A stretch of DNA of 63,521 bases, filler included, from Lenisia limosa (GCA_001655205.1; 10 parts of 10 records of this genome joined end to end with filler, not necessarily neighbours in it), one strand, 5' to 3'; positions 47,920 through 61,600 are shown, numbered from the whole stretch's first letter. The notes: generated from the sequence alone by a model not told the origin. Numbers and translations are program-made.

Positions 47920-49935
47920 ATGGCCTCCAAAGATTCGCAATTGGCCGATATGGCGTCAATGGGGCGTCTGCGCCTCACAATCGCGCCGCTGACCAGCTTG
48001 CCAACTGTCGCTGGCGGCTATGACGGTATTGGGGGGGGGGTATAGCTAAGTATTTACTTTGGTTCGAAAAAAGACTGAATTTCTCGATAGCTCCTCGAAA
48101 ACTATCGATATTTTCCCGAACTGTAGTGGAGCCCTAGTTATAGCCATATTATGGGGTTAAGATGGTGGGGGTGACTAGGTATTCTACTTTGGCGGGAAGG
48201 GGGGGTGTGGTTGTAAATAGGGCTTCCCTACGGTCCGAAAAAGACCGTCAAAATATCGATATTCATCGACAAATTCAGTCCTTTAAGGGACCGTAGGGAA
48301 CCAGCTTTAAATAATATGACAGTGTAAATAGGGGTGGGGTGGGTTGAAGACCATGATTGTGATAGGTGTTTTATTTGTATCATTATTTATGCGTTTCGTT
48401 TTCCTTAATTCCCTTTGATGTCAATCAACCGACTCTCACATAGTACCATAAACTTCCCCAATATTGTATTGTCTATTCAATTTCTTGCATATATTGTATT
48501 TGGTAATTGGCGTAATATGCCTCTAGGAGGCTTCATTTGCTGGGTACTGGAGCACAAAACTGCCCAAACTGCCAACATTCTCCATGATGTAAGTTGGAAC
48601 ACTGTGTGCGTCTTTTGGCCATGATTCTTGAAAATGATGATGGTGTCCGTTTCAACTTGATACACCATCATTTCTAAAACCCCAAACCCCATTCGCTATT
48701 GGTGCTTCACATTCAATTCACGTCTTTGCACCATCCCATTTATGTCCAATAGGCACGGCGGGTGATTAAACCTGGCGGCTTGCTCTTTGTCACTGAGGTT
48801 TGCTGGCTTTTGGGGCACGGCTTCTGCCAGATACAACTGTGGCTTCTCTACAGATCTTGGAAATTTTAATGAGAAATTCCGTTATTTTTTGGAATCGTAC
48901 TGAATCCCTAGATACCAGCTTTACAATATTGTTATTACGTGATCTGGTGTAAATAATAGATACATCCTAGATAGTGTATACTGCAAGGTTGGTTTTTTTT
49001 TAATATATGTATCATATGATATACTGTTTTTTTTTATTGGAATATTTTGAATTTCCCCCCATGTTTTCGTGACCATTTCAGGTCTTCAATGCGTCACTCT
49101 ACTTCTACCCCCCATCGCCGTCAACAATCCACTTCCTCCAAGCCTACAACGCCTATCGAGTAGGCTGGACAGGTTCTTCAGCATTTTGGGACACATAAAA
49201 CTACATAGGGATAACAATACTTATTCTCTCTTCCACGTAAGTCTAACTCAAAGTAACTCCCCCCCCCCCCCNNNNNNNNNNNNNNNNNNNNNNNNNNNNN
49301 NNNNNNNNNNNNNNNNNNNNNNNNNNNNNNNNNNNNNNNNNNNNNNNNNNNNNNNNNNNNNNNNNNNNNNNNNNNNNNNNNNNNNNNNNNNNNNNNNNNN
49401 NNNNNNNNNNNNNNNNNGTCAATTTTGCCCAGAATCATACCCCAGCGATCCTGTGGAGGAGACCCTAACATCGGCATTCGACTTGGCACTACTCTGGCCC
49501 ATGCCGGGTTCAAACAAATCGAGTGAGGGGAGGGCGCAATGTGTAATTGATAAAGGGGGTGAAATTGAACTGATAGATTTTTCCAAAATAATTTGGATTT
49601 ACATCTAAGATCCGAAAAAGGCTAACCATGTAGGATCCGAACCTTGTCGACCCATTTGGACGGCCGAGAACCTGCAAGAAAGAAAGCCGTTATTGGTGAG
49701 AGCGGGGGGGGGGGGCAATTAAATANNNNNNNNNNNNNNNNNNNNNNNNNNNNNNNNNNNNNNNNNNNNNNNNNNNNNNNNNNNNNNNNNNNNNNNNNNN
49801 NNNNNNNNNNNNNNNNNNNNNNNNNNNNNNNNNNNNNNNNNNNNNNNNNNNNNNNNNNNNNNNNNNNNNNNNGATATGCTGAACCGTGGCATGATTTCCA
49901 AAGAAATTGTGGAGGGTATGGCCCGAGAATGCAGG
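47920..49935 (+). CDS. Class I SAM-dependent methyltransferase, multi-exon, partial
   Basis: GGFICWVLEH...NILHD|ARRVIKPGGLLFVTE|VFNASLYFYP...GGDPNIGIRLGTTLAHAGFKQIE|IRTLSTHLDGREPARKK...MLNRGMISKE. Confidence 0.75.
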
Positions 49936-50597
49936 TGAGCCGGGGCTGCCATGTATGACACTACGACACATCAACTTGGGATTTCCATTATTTTCATGGA
50001 AAAATTTTTCATAAGAAGCCAGCTGATTTATTCTTTTGATATCATGTTGAGCTTCTCTAAGACTGACTTTGATATCATGTTGAGCTTCTCTAAGACTGAA
50101 TTTGATATCATGGGCATTTTTATTCGAATACCAAAGCAAAATGAGTTTTGGTTTTACTTTATTGTCATAAATCCCAAATCCTCTCACCCTGAAAAGGTTT
50201 GTTGCCAGTTCCCCAGAGGGTGTTTTCTACTACGCAGCTTTCCAGGTGGGTGATTGGCTTTTCTTGTCTCCTAGATTCTCAATTTTTGCGCAGGGGCTTC
50301 TCTCGTTTCATGAATATTCTTTAATTGAGTACTTCTGGGTGTGGCTTCGGCGACAACCTTGTTTTTCTTTATCCTACAAATGAAATATCTTGCAATTCTC
50401 ACGGTCCAGGCATGTGCTGTATGTCCGGAGTGGACCAAATCTTCCCANNNNNNNNNNNNNNNNNNNNNNNNNNNNNNNNNNNNNNNNNNNNTTAATTAAT
50501 TAANNNNNNNNNNNNNNNNNNNNNNNNNNNNNNNNNNNNNNNNNNNNGGTTTTTTTAACAAAGGGGATAAAGATCCCAACTCCTCAACAGACATACA

Positions 50598-50667
50598 GTG
50601 ACCGGGATAAGTCTTGACCGATTTGCTATGATTTCCCAAGATAATCGGTCAAGGCTTATCCCGTTCA
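50598..50667. mobile_element. Hairpin/MITE-like family C. Others at 56649-56716 and about 60085-60150
   Basis: GTGACCGGGATAAGTCTTGACCGATT ... AATCGGTCAAGGCTTATCCCG inverted arms; near-identical arms in all three copies. Confidence 0.75.
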
Positions 50668-51627
50668 GATGAGAATTTTTTGGTTTTATTGGAGAAAAGT
50701 GAGCCATTATAATGTAACCGTCGTTCAGCTCACTGGACCCCCCCAATCTCCCCTGACACAAGTCTCTCGGAGTGTCCACCTTATCATACAGAGATATAGC
50801 AATGAGAAGAAAAAAAAAAAAGAAGGTTGTGTCTGCCCGAAGCCGTCCACACCATTACGCTGATAAGAGATATTAATTCACCCAATCATTTGCCTTCCTA
50901 GCATACGGATAGTGATGTTGTTAATAGACCGGTCTTCCGGCGGGTGCATCGGAANNNNNNNNNNNNNNNNNNNNNNNNNNNNNNNNNNNNNNNNNNNNNN
51001 NNNNNNNNNNNNNNNNNNNNNNNNNNNNNNNNACATTATCTAGAACTTCCTGGGGGATGCTGTAGTAGATGTAGTTCTGAAGTGGTGAAGGGTGAGGCTA
51101 ATACTCTGTACATCATATTCCAATATCTTTTTACCAAGATGATTGATGCTCATATACGCAGCAAAAATCTCTTGGGTTAACTTACCGGAGCATAGTAGGC
51201 TTCTTCTGGCAGAATGATTTTGCGAAGTTGTAAAGCCTCTTCATCCTACTGTGTCAATATCTCCATTTGTGTTCGTATTGTGCGAAATACACTTTAAATC
51301 ATGCTCATGATAGCGGATATTTAGCCACAAAAAATTCGGTAAAATATGAGAGTATATTCAAGAACTATCATTGTGGGCTCCATACAATTGAGAAATAAAT
51401 TAGAAGTGGGAACTATTGAAACGAGAACTCAGCTAATATCCTCAACAAAAAAGCTAGAATTCATCGGAGTTCGAAATTAATGCCTCTAATTATGTAGTCC
51501 TCGTGTATTACTTTATATCCTTCGATTTCATGAAGTCGTTTGAAATAGCAAACTGTTCACACTCAGGAAAGGGTGATTGGGTTCCTGAAATAGTAGCAAT
51601 ATCGAAAATCATAAGAATAAATTTACA

Positions 51628-53987
51628 TTAAAAATCACTTTCATTTCGTGCCCCCAGGCCGACCACATTGGAGTTCCGAACGCGTCTTTCATTGACCTTG
51701 AGGCCACACTGGTTGCAGAGGGCCATATCTTTGCTCCGGCGGCCGACTTGGCGCCAACATGGCGTCCGCGTCGTGGAGCAAATCGGGCACTTCTTGTGAG
51801 GTGGCTGAGGATGGTGAGGGAGGGATAAAGCGGGCGTGTTGTGTGATGAATATAACCTGCGATTTTTATCGAGGTTATCAGATTGATACATTACTTGGTA
51901 ACACTTTGAGGTAATTGACCTGGTCGAAGTTACACACCGTTATGCTTGAGATGGAAGTTACAGATCAATTTGATACAATGAATATTTCGTACCCTTGTTG
52001 AAGTGATGTAATTATTTTCATCAATCCAGGGATATGGGTAATAATCCTCATAAGATAGTATTGCCAGAGTATGCAGAAATGATAAATAGAGCAATATCGA
52101 TATCGCCCAATCACTTGCCTTATACTTCTATGATTACCCCCCTCTCTCTCTCGCGCTTACAGCGTCACCTGCCATAATAATGGAGCCTTTTCTGAAGGAC
52201 TTGCCACTAAAACAATTAAACAGATCACAAAGAGCAGAGTTACTGGGAAAATGAAGGATACTAGTACATACTACTCACGCAATGATAGCTGGTATGTCTT
52301 CTTTAATTGAACCTTTAACAACAGTCTTACGTAACCTTCATTGAAATAAACATGGTAATGTCTGGCCGAAGCCGTCCACACCACCACGCTTATAAGAGAT
52401 ATTGGATTACAGTATCATATTAATTCAACCAACCACTTGCCTTACAACTCTATACACAACTCCCCCCCCCCCCNNNNNNNNNNNNNNNNNNNNNNNNNNN
52501 NNNNNNNNNNNNNNNNNNNNNNNNNNNNNNNNNNNNNNNNNNNNNNNNNNNNNNNNNNNNNNNNNNNNNNNNNNNNNNNNNNNNNNNNNNNNNNAACCCC
52601 GCAGAGCAAACATCGCCGCATTGGGCCCTAATAATCCGTTATTGACGGACACACTCATGTTAATCTTCATTTCGACATATTATAGTGTTGGTAAGACCTG
52701 CTTCCTTAACAGAATAAATTTGGAACAAACCAACACTAAGATTTAAAAATACAAAGTAATATACCATATTCTACAGAAATGATATTGAAGAACAATAGAA
52801 TGTTTTGTTGAAGCCACTAAAAGGATGAACGAAACATTCAATTTCCTTGAGAAGAAAGAAAAGCAGAGAATTATGATGATCAAGAGTACACAAGAAATAT
52901 AAGAACTCAAAGCTGAAAAAAAGGCGTAATACACAATATAAAACCAAAAAAGTAACCATTTGGGAGGAACTCATTATTCCAACGACCCACTGTTTTAAAG
53001 GCTGTGGCCTTGAGCCCTTCAAATTCTACCAATGCTGCCGATATCGGATCCTCGTTGACAAAGTCGTCTGACAGCGTGGGTTCCATCCCTGCTTCCTGAA
53101 CAATGTTACTTGAAGCTGAAAGCGGAAGTTGAAAGGACATTTTGTGAAAGTTAAATATGGCTGAATTGTTGATCTGACATCTCCAGGCAGACGCAACATA
53201 CCATTGACATATGCGGTAAATACGATTCAGCACTAATTGGGGTGGAAGAAAATTGGGAAAACTGCGTATCCGCTCGCATGAGCTCAGTTCGTGTATCACT
53301 TGGCTGAAAATGGGTAAGATGAATAGATAAATCATTATTTCTCAATGAATAAACAATGATAATGTCAATCCAATCCAATCCACCTGGGTATATGGGGTAC
53401 TGGCTTCGTCCTGTTCCCTGTTAGGTCCCAGTGGTCGTTTTGAGGGAGGCAGGACTGATTGGTAAGAAAAAAGGCAAATTTATTTCATGGAATTTCCACG
53501 AAAACTTTCACAAGAGCTTATACGGCTCCATAGTGAGCACATTCATTGAAATATGGGAAAAGGAGATCAACACAAAGCAAAGTCAATCACACTCTTTTCA
53601 TTTTGCTATTCAAAAAGCAACCAGTAAAATAATTGATATTCTCTCTCTACCCCCTCCAGCAAATTCCTTATTTCCAAAAATAGATTATATGGTCAAAAGC
53701 GACAGTTCAACTAGCTTCAGTCAAAACAACCAGAAGATCACCACCAGCACCAGCCAACCGTAGGAAACCGAACAGCTGGGGGGCGGTCCTGGAACGTTGT
53801 CAGTTGGCGCAATTGGAAGGGCAATATGCAGAGGAGAAGGCTCCACATCCTGGGTAACAAAGGGGATTCCAACGTGATCTGGCAGGTCGGCTAGGAGGTT
53901 CATTGAAGGGGTGATCAAGGCTGCACTATGAATAAGGGTTGAGGTCGGCGAGGGAGGCCGAACTCTGTAAGTTGTATTCATGGACAT
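51628..53987 (-). CDS. GATA zinc-finger transcription factor; boundaries approximate
   Basis: KKCPICSTTRTPCWRQVGRRSKDMALCNQCGLK, a C-x2-C-x20-C-x2-C finger with T-P-x-WR and LCNxCGL motifs. Linkage of the upstream open exons is inferred. Confidence 0.7.
52340..52460. repeat. Dispersed repeat family B (about 170 bp). Others at about 831-930, 18462-18506, 21120-21165, 23858-23960, 25812-25850, 27079-27164, 27785-27858, 50795-50900, 58880-58935, 63265-63330
   Basis: Consensus GAAATGAGAAAATAAACAAG..TCTGGCCGAAGCCGTCCACACCATCACGCTTATAAGAGATATTGGATT...ATTAATTCACCCAATCATTTGCCTTACAAC, found in both orientations. Confidence 0.85.
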
Positions 53988-54331
53988 GATTTATTTATTG
54001 TGTGTCTCGTTTAAAAGATAAGAAATCTCCAAGAAGGAGCTCTAGATTTTCTAATAACTGAAAATTAAATAACAATGCTCACATCTCATCCTAAAAACTG
54101 TTACTTCAAAGAATCGCAGTGTTCACTGCTTATCATAAAAGGACTTATTTGCAATTCAGCTGACTCTTGAGTTAGAAAAATTACTCGAAAAATATCGAAT
54201 TTTCTCGACTACAGAGTGAAACTGTTGAAAGTGTGAAAATAAGACCTTTGATACAAAAGGTGTTTGTTGTTTGGTGCGTACAATCATAGATCATCGAATT
54301 TCATAGGAAAGCTGCTCTGAGTAGATCAGCA

Positions 54332-56128
54332 ATGGTCGAACTAAAGCCCTTCCTGGTTCTCCAGGCGTACCATTTGAATGATTTTAGACTACCAGAAATA
54401 GAATCAATTGCTAGAGCGCTTCATATTCCCTTTGAGCAAGACCAGATTGACCCTGATCAACATGCCTTCCACACTATTCGAGTGCCCTCTGCAGCGGACG
54501 CTGGGAGGATTGTTGCCAGGTCCGTCTTATCAAGGTATGCTGAAATCCTAAATTTGGGATGTTTTCTTTGGGTTTTAAAAAGGGTTCATTTCTATTTCGG
54601 TCATCTTTTCGACCATGTGCACGTGTTTTTTTGCCTTTAGTTCCAAACAAACAGGCAAATATCGATATTTGTCGCATATTTTTCAAAAATATATAAAGTC
54701 TTGAAAAATATCTTGTGATATCTTTTGGCTAAAGATTCTCCAAGAATTGAAAATTGCCATAGCACTCATCTATGCTTCTGTGTGTACGAATATGTGTACG
54801 AATATCTAGTCCCTACTCTATTTAATCTTAGTAAACAATTTTTAATAATACAGGGCAGCACTGGAGGTTGTTGCCCGCGGCCCTACAATCGAAAGTTTGG
54901 AAAGTAACGTCAGGAAAGATATAAACCAATTCGTAGGTTGCGCCAGTGGGTCAATGTACCTCCTCAATGACCCTAATTAGAGATTCCCTACGGTCTGAAA
55001 AAAGACCTTTAAAATTTCGATGTTTAATGAGGATTTATCGAGAAATTCAGTCTTTTTTGGGGACCGTAGGGAAGCCCTAGCCCTAATAAATATAATTTTA
55101 TACAAATCAGTACTAACACAACCATCCTGTTCTATTTCTACACCGTCTAATGACTATTCAGAGGGAGGACTATTGCGGGGCTGGAGTTTCCTTCAAGTTC
55201 GTAGTCCACTCATTTGGCTGTAAAATGAACCAAAAATTAAGGGTTGAGATGATTAACAAGTGCAAGTATGTTACGGGGTACAAAGCTCTTTTTTGAATCC
55301 TGTATTTTTTCGTTTGGCCAAGTTGTAACCGGTTGTAGCCATCTCTGTTCTCATTTCTACCACCTAGATGGCTCGACAACAAAGGTGACGTTAACCTTGA
55401 CAACCCTGATCAGATCTTCTGGCTGATCTTTGATCATGGACCTGCAGAGGGATGCAAGAAGAATCTCGAACCTCGTGAAGTCATGATTTGTCGACAGGTG
55501 AAGACTACATTAAACATGTTTTCTCTTCTTACGTTTTAATTGTTGTTTGTACCCCAATAACTTGGTCTATTTTTGACTTTTTAGGTCGGGATCGGTGCCC
55601 GGCATCTTTGTGACGAATTCTCGTTAAAAGTTGGCTGTAATAGTCTTCTTTCTAAATATTTTTTTTTAAAAAAAAATCTCATACAGTTTTGCATGTTCTA
55701 ATACGTTTTAAAACAACTCAAAATAAATCCTCGATATATATCGATGTGTTACCGGCCTGGATCGTGCGCAAGCCTTACGAATTACACACAACACTGCTGG
55801 TGTTGTCTGCTAATGTACTATGTCACAATTATTTTTTCATTACTTGATTGAAGTAATATAAGTTACGCATTTCACGACTTAGAAAAGAGACTACCTCGGT
55901 ACCACCAGCATGGCAGCGGATCTTTCGTTCCTCGTCGCTAACCAAGGCAAGGTCTGTGCAGCAAACTGGGTGAATTTTTTTTTTCCCCCTCTTTTTTTTT
56001 TTTGTTTTATTTCCCCCTCTAGGTAACCCCCGGGAGCACCGTCTTTGACCCCTTTGCCGGCACGGGATCGATTTTGATTTCTGCGGCTCGGATGGGTGGC
56101 ATCTGCTTCGCCGGCGAACTCGACGGCA
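54332..56128 (+). CDS. TRM11: tRNA (guanine-10-N2)-methyltransferase TRM11, 3' truncated
   Basis: DFRLPEIESIA...RSVLSR; KRDYLGTTSMAADLSFLVANQG|KVTPGSTVFDPFAGTGSILISAA. Confidence 0.92.
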
Positions 56129-56302
56129 NNNNNNNNNNNNNNNNNNNNNNNNNNNNNNNNNNNNNNNNNNNNTTAATTAATTAANNNNNNNNNNNNNNNN
56201 NNNNNNNNNNNNNNNNNNNNNNNNNNNNCATCTAGAGGTTAAGAAAATAAAACAAAAAAAAAAAAAAAGATGAATTGGCCATGTTCAGGAAAGTAATAAA
56301 CA

Positions 56303-56433
56303 GGGCTCCGTGCAAATTAAAAAATGAGTTCAAAATTTGAAGTGCGACATATTTTAATGGAATCTCAATTTCTGACACTTTAATTTCAAATTTTGTCAAT
56401 TAATTTCTTCAAAAAACTAATTGCAAGGAGCCC
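56303..56433. mobile_element. MITE-like family H. Others at about 10886-10986, 23974-24084, 43290-43424
   Basis: Ends GGGCTCCGTGCAA...TTGCAAGGAGCCC; shared interior TTGAAGTG(G/C)GACATATT and GACACTTTAATT...TTTGTCAATTAATTT. Confidence 0.7.
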
Positions 56434-56459
56434 ATTGTATCACCCTTGGATTCAAGCCT

Positions 56460-58430
56460 ACCACAAAAGAGTTCTCCTCGTCAAACAGCTTGATAATCAC
56501 CTTCATAGCCGGCACGTTTTGCGACTTATAAGGGCCCTCAAAGCAGTACCCCGAAATAAAGTCACAAGATTTACTGTCCATGATGTTGCGCAGTTCATTT
56601 TGGATCCTAAAAAGTGATATATTCCTGTCTCCCCCGCCGGTATTTACAGTGACCGGGATAGTCTTGACCGATTTGCAATGTGATCAGGAAAATCGGTCAA
56701 CACTCATCCTGGTCACAATATATATTTTTGCAAGAAAATCCAGGAAAACAAAAAAGTACATTCCCCCCCACCCCAACCAACATGATCAGGAGGTTATAAT
56801 TTGATTTACATCCTTTAGAAAAGACGGAGATGTCAATATCACTGTTGAACATTTGAAGTCTGAAGAGATAAAAAGAGAAGATCACAAACCCAGTCTCGAA
56901 GGAGCCGTGGTATTCCCATTTTGAAAAGAAGGCTGGCCGTTGCAGCATCTTCATCAACAGACGTGATGTATGCACCATTTTCTTCCGCTGGAAGAGTTAA
57001 AATAGGAAGAAAAGAAAGGGGTTTCACTTTTTGTGTGGCCTTCTCGTGCAGAATTGTCATGTTTTTCTGATATATTCATGTAATTTTAAATACTAAAGTT
57101 TTATTTACCAGGTAGAGGGTTTGCATAGGGTTCAAGTGGTTCAAGCAAAACCTTACGTCACGCATACGCAAATTAGAGTGTTAGCAAGAACGCAACACTA
57201 TTTTTCAACCAGCAGATACGTCAGTCAGGGCGGTAGTATAGAACNNNNNNNNNNNNNNNNNNNNNNNNNNNNNNNNNNNNNNNNNNNNNNNNNNNNNNNN
57301 NNNNNNNNNNNNNNNNNNNNNNNNNNNNNNNNNNNNNNNNCATAGTGAACTCAGTTACTCAATTTGAACGAGGTATGCATCATCATATCAATGATATAAT
57401 ATAGAGAAATGAGAAATACACAATACATACGGTACATTCATATCATCACTTGCTCCGAGGAGAACTTGCGAAACTGTTGATTGAATACAACAAAAAGTAT
57501 ATGGATACTACAATGTAAATAAGTAAATAATGAATACTGATAAACCGAGAGATTTAGACTTAGAACTTCTTCAAGGCTGCTAACAAATGGCCATTTCCGT
57601 CAACAGCTTCGTAGACACCCGGAAGACTTGCAACAGAAGAGAGCTACACATGTGAGACTTTGTCGTTCCTTCAATTTGAGGACATATGGAACCATAATGT
57701 GTCTTTGTTTCCCTTGTCGTATTCAATACATATTGATTTTGTTTTATAATAATAATATAATAAAAAAAAGTCCTTGTCAAGTTGCGGAGGAATAGTCAAA
57801 CGCCTTATTCTAGGCAGTTCAAAATCAAATGTGCTAATTATTATTATTAGAAAGCTACAAAATACGATATGAGTACCAGTAGAAAATATGACATGTACGT
57901 GTGTCGGGTTTCCCTCTTGTCTATAAGCCCTATCTGGTTTCCATCGCGAAGAGAGACGTACAAAAAAAAAGCACAAATCTTCAGTGGATAATATCTTCAA
58001 AAACACTAGCGACTGAATATACAAATTTGTTTGAGAAGAATTATTACATGTTTTGGGAAAAGTTAAGATATACTCCCCACAAACCTGGAAAGTTGGTTCG
58101 GTTGAAGAGCACACCGACCCGGCTCCGTTTGACGCAATACCCATAACACCGGGGCAAGCTAAAATGTAAGTTGTTTCTTGCGCAATGAAGTTTATTTGCA
58201 AATTTAAATATCGGAAATGACGTTTTTGAAACACAATCTCAAACACAAAATTATTGGTAACTGGCGTTACTTCAAATGAACGGTTTGAACTATTATTCTC
58301 CATCCCTTCATAATGTATGTTATGACTCATCATATGAATGAGGTTTAAACCTGCTTCTTGAATCACCAAACGAGTATGAACCCGGCAAACTTCCATAAAA
58401 GGCAAGCGCATAGTAACTCTTGGCAACTTT
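56460..58430 (-). CDS. Multi-exon hypothetical protein fragments, possibly extracellular
   Basis: Short AG/GT-bounded open exons (ACPGVMGIASNGAGSVCSSTEPTFQ; LSSVASLPGVYEAVDGNGH; KSCDFISGYCFEGPY). No family recognised. Confidence 0.3.
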
Positions 58431-58673
58431 ATTTCTTGAAGTACCTGCTGAGCACCCGGAATTGAGAGCGGAACTTATCAACCGCTATAGGGGTGAATCT
58501 AGGAAAATATATACTATATATCATATGGACAGCTTGATATTACTCTTTTGATACTTGTAATATATATCATATANNNNNNNNNNNNNNNNNNNNNNNNNNN
58601 NNNNNNNNNNNNNNNNNTTAATTAATTAANNNNNNNNNNNNNNNNNNNNNNNNNNNNNNNNNNNNNNNNNNNN

Positions 58674-61600
58674 CAGCAACAATCCAGGACACTATAGCCC
58701 GGGCCGCGGGGTGGACTGCAGGAATAGCGGAGGGGGCAAAATCGACATGGCTTGTAATGAGCGCCACGCGGCTGCGCATTACACCAACCTGTTTAGGTAA
58801 GGTTATAAAATTTCCTTGGGTCATTTTAGGATATAACCTTGTTAGATTATACAGGGGCTGGGGAAGTAGAAAAAGAAAGTGGTGTCTAGAGATGAGACAT
58901 AAAAAAAGATTGTATCTGGCCAAAGCCGTCCGTCCATATCATTTGGATTTGTTTATACTAGGAGCTTTACCAACGGTTTTGAAAAAGACTACATATTACT
59001 CGATCACACACCCCTCATAAGCTATACCCGCCAACCACGGTGGTTGCGTCAAAAGTGAGTAAACTCTCGCGAAGCTGATTCTGAATTTATGTAAAAACAG
59101 TAAACAATACATACATTATAAAAGATGTTGAATTACAGTATAATATTTATTCAAATGAAAGAGCTGATTCACACCGGAGGAATGATAGGATAGATATTTA
59201 AAAATATATAAAAAAAGGGGGGGGGGTGCGGATGAGAATATTGTATGTGAAAACAGGAAAATGAATGAAAGAGCTCACAATGGGAAAAATATAACAAAAA
59301 AAGATTAAAATAAAAAATGGGGAGAAATGAAAAAAAAAAAAAAAAAANNNNNNNNNNNNNNNNNNNNNNNNNNNNNNNNNNNNNNNNNNNNNNNNNNNNN
59401 NNNNNNNNNNNNNNNNNCCCTCCCACAGGATTAGCCAAAAGAGCTTTTCCTTCTGAAAGAGTGGGACGTTTGTCGAAAATTGCAGCTAAAGCCTCAAGGG
59501 CGCGCGAGACCTGTTGCACGTCAAAATGTTACTATACCCTTTCCCCCGATTGAATTAAGACGTTAAAAGGTCAACATTTTACCAAAACACACCTAAACAA
59601 AAAAGAAAAAGGAAGGTTATGCCTTGATGTAAGCTTAGGATGTATTTAACTGGAGATAAATGACTAAAAATTTACCAATAACAGCTTTCACCTAAGTGAT
59701 AGCTGTTATGGTAAATTTCCGATGTATGTTCGCTGTATATCTATCTATCCGGCAGTCCAAGGGGGATAAACACCCATAAACACACATATAATACCGCTAT
59801 ACCTAAGCACACATATAATGCCGCTGTACCTAAACACACATATAATGCCCCCATACCTTGGGGTCATTTCCGCCATTCTCGCGGAGATACACCACCTCGT
59901 CCGGAGTGAGTGCGGTAATTTCGCGCCGCACACGTGACCAGGCCGGGGTCAGCCGGGCCCTGTCAGCCTGGAAAATTATTGGACCATTTATTTATTAATA
60001 TACTTTGTTATATGGTCTGGGTTTCATGTTTTCATGTGTTTTTGTTTGTGTGTGTGTGTAGGAGAGTAGATATGGAAATATTTAGGGACCAGGAAACCTC
60101 TTTTCCTTGGGAAATCACATAACAAATCGGTCAAGACTTATCCCGGTCACTATAAATATCATCTACTATGGGGGCTAACCCCCCTTCGCCCTCGATCCAC
60201 AAACCCCCCAACCCCCTCCCCCAACTAGGGCCAGGTAGAGGAAAAAAACAGTGAAAATATCGATAGATTTCGAGGATTTATTGAGAAATTCAGTCTTTTT
60301 TTGAACCCAAGTGAAGCCCCCAAACCTTATTTTTCTCGTCATCTTGTGTGAGTGCCACGGTCATTCTCTTGACCTCTTGTTGGGCCGATAGGATCTCCTC
60401 TGTGAAACCGGCCACCTGCAGAGGTAAAGTACCATGTTATTACATAGGAAATGTGTCAAAAACGTGTAAGTGAGGTGCGGTGAGGAAAATACACTGTCTA
60501 TCTTAGCTTACACGTCCGCACACATTTCCGAGCAAACAACCCGGCAAATCCCGCCTACATCCATTCTGGTGCGTGCTAGGGAGGCTACTAGGCCATTTAA
60601 GTCGTCCGTGAGTTGCTCCACTTCGGGTCCCAGAGCCCTGAGGGGGGGGGGGNNNNNNNNNNNNNNNNNNNNNNNNNNNNNNNNNNNNNNNNNNNNNNNN
60701 NNNNNNNNAAACTCTGTTGGCTGACAATACACGAGGGTTGGTAACAAAAAAACAAACAAAGCCCAAGCCAGTCGCTTCTGCAGCACAGCATCCCAAAAGG
60801 GAAATGGAAAAAAAAGAGGCGAGAGGGAGAGGTAATAATCATGAATTAGTGCATCCATGTAGTATCTATTTGTAAAAAAGAACAAAGAAAACCGTCTGTT
60901 GTTATGTAACCCCCCCCCCCCACTTGATTTCCCGGTCAATTCCTTGGAGAATGTCGCGCGAGGCTGAGGTGAGACGTAGGGATGCCTGAACTCCTAAAAC
61001 ATAATTAATGAACAATGTTAATGAATGAACAATATTTTTAATGAGCAGGAGGACCCAAAATCAACTCTGTTGGCTGACACATGAGGGTTGAACAAACCAA
61101 CCATCATGCTTAAGATATTGAATAATAATAAAACATTAATTTACCCAATCATTCGCCTAATAATTCAGCTTTCTGCGTGCCTCCCCCCAGCAGACGTTAC
61201 AAAAAATTATCATATTTTCCACAATCTCACCAGTCAGCAGTTTTTCAACGTCATCTTGGCGTTCCTTGTGGATCCTAGCGTGGGTCTACGGGGGGAGGGG
61301 AGGGTAAAAGAGCAGTAGCTTAAATTGGTATTGTTTCTAGGACGCCTATGAAGACGGGATACCAGTGGGTGAGGTAAGATTAAAAGATAAGAAAAAAACC
61401 TATCAAAAACAGTAAATTTATTAATACTCTAAAAACGCGAGTCTTCTAAGGGGCAAACCTCCAAGAATTTTCTGTACATTACGTCTGGGGAGCCGTCAAC
61501 AGCGCGTAATGGCACCTGCGATCCCCTAAGGCCGGACCTGGGAAATGATGGAGATGGTTGTATGCGAAAAAAACCGTTTGAATATCGACAGTTTTCGAGG

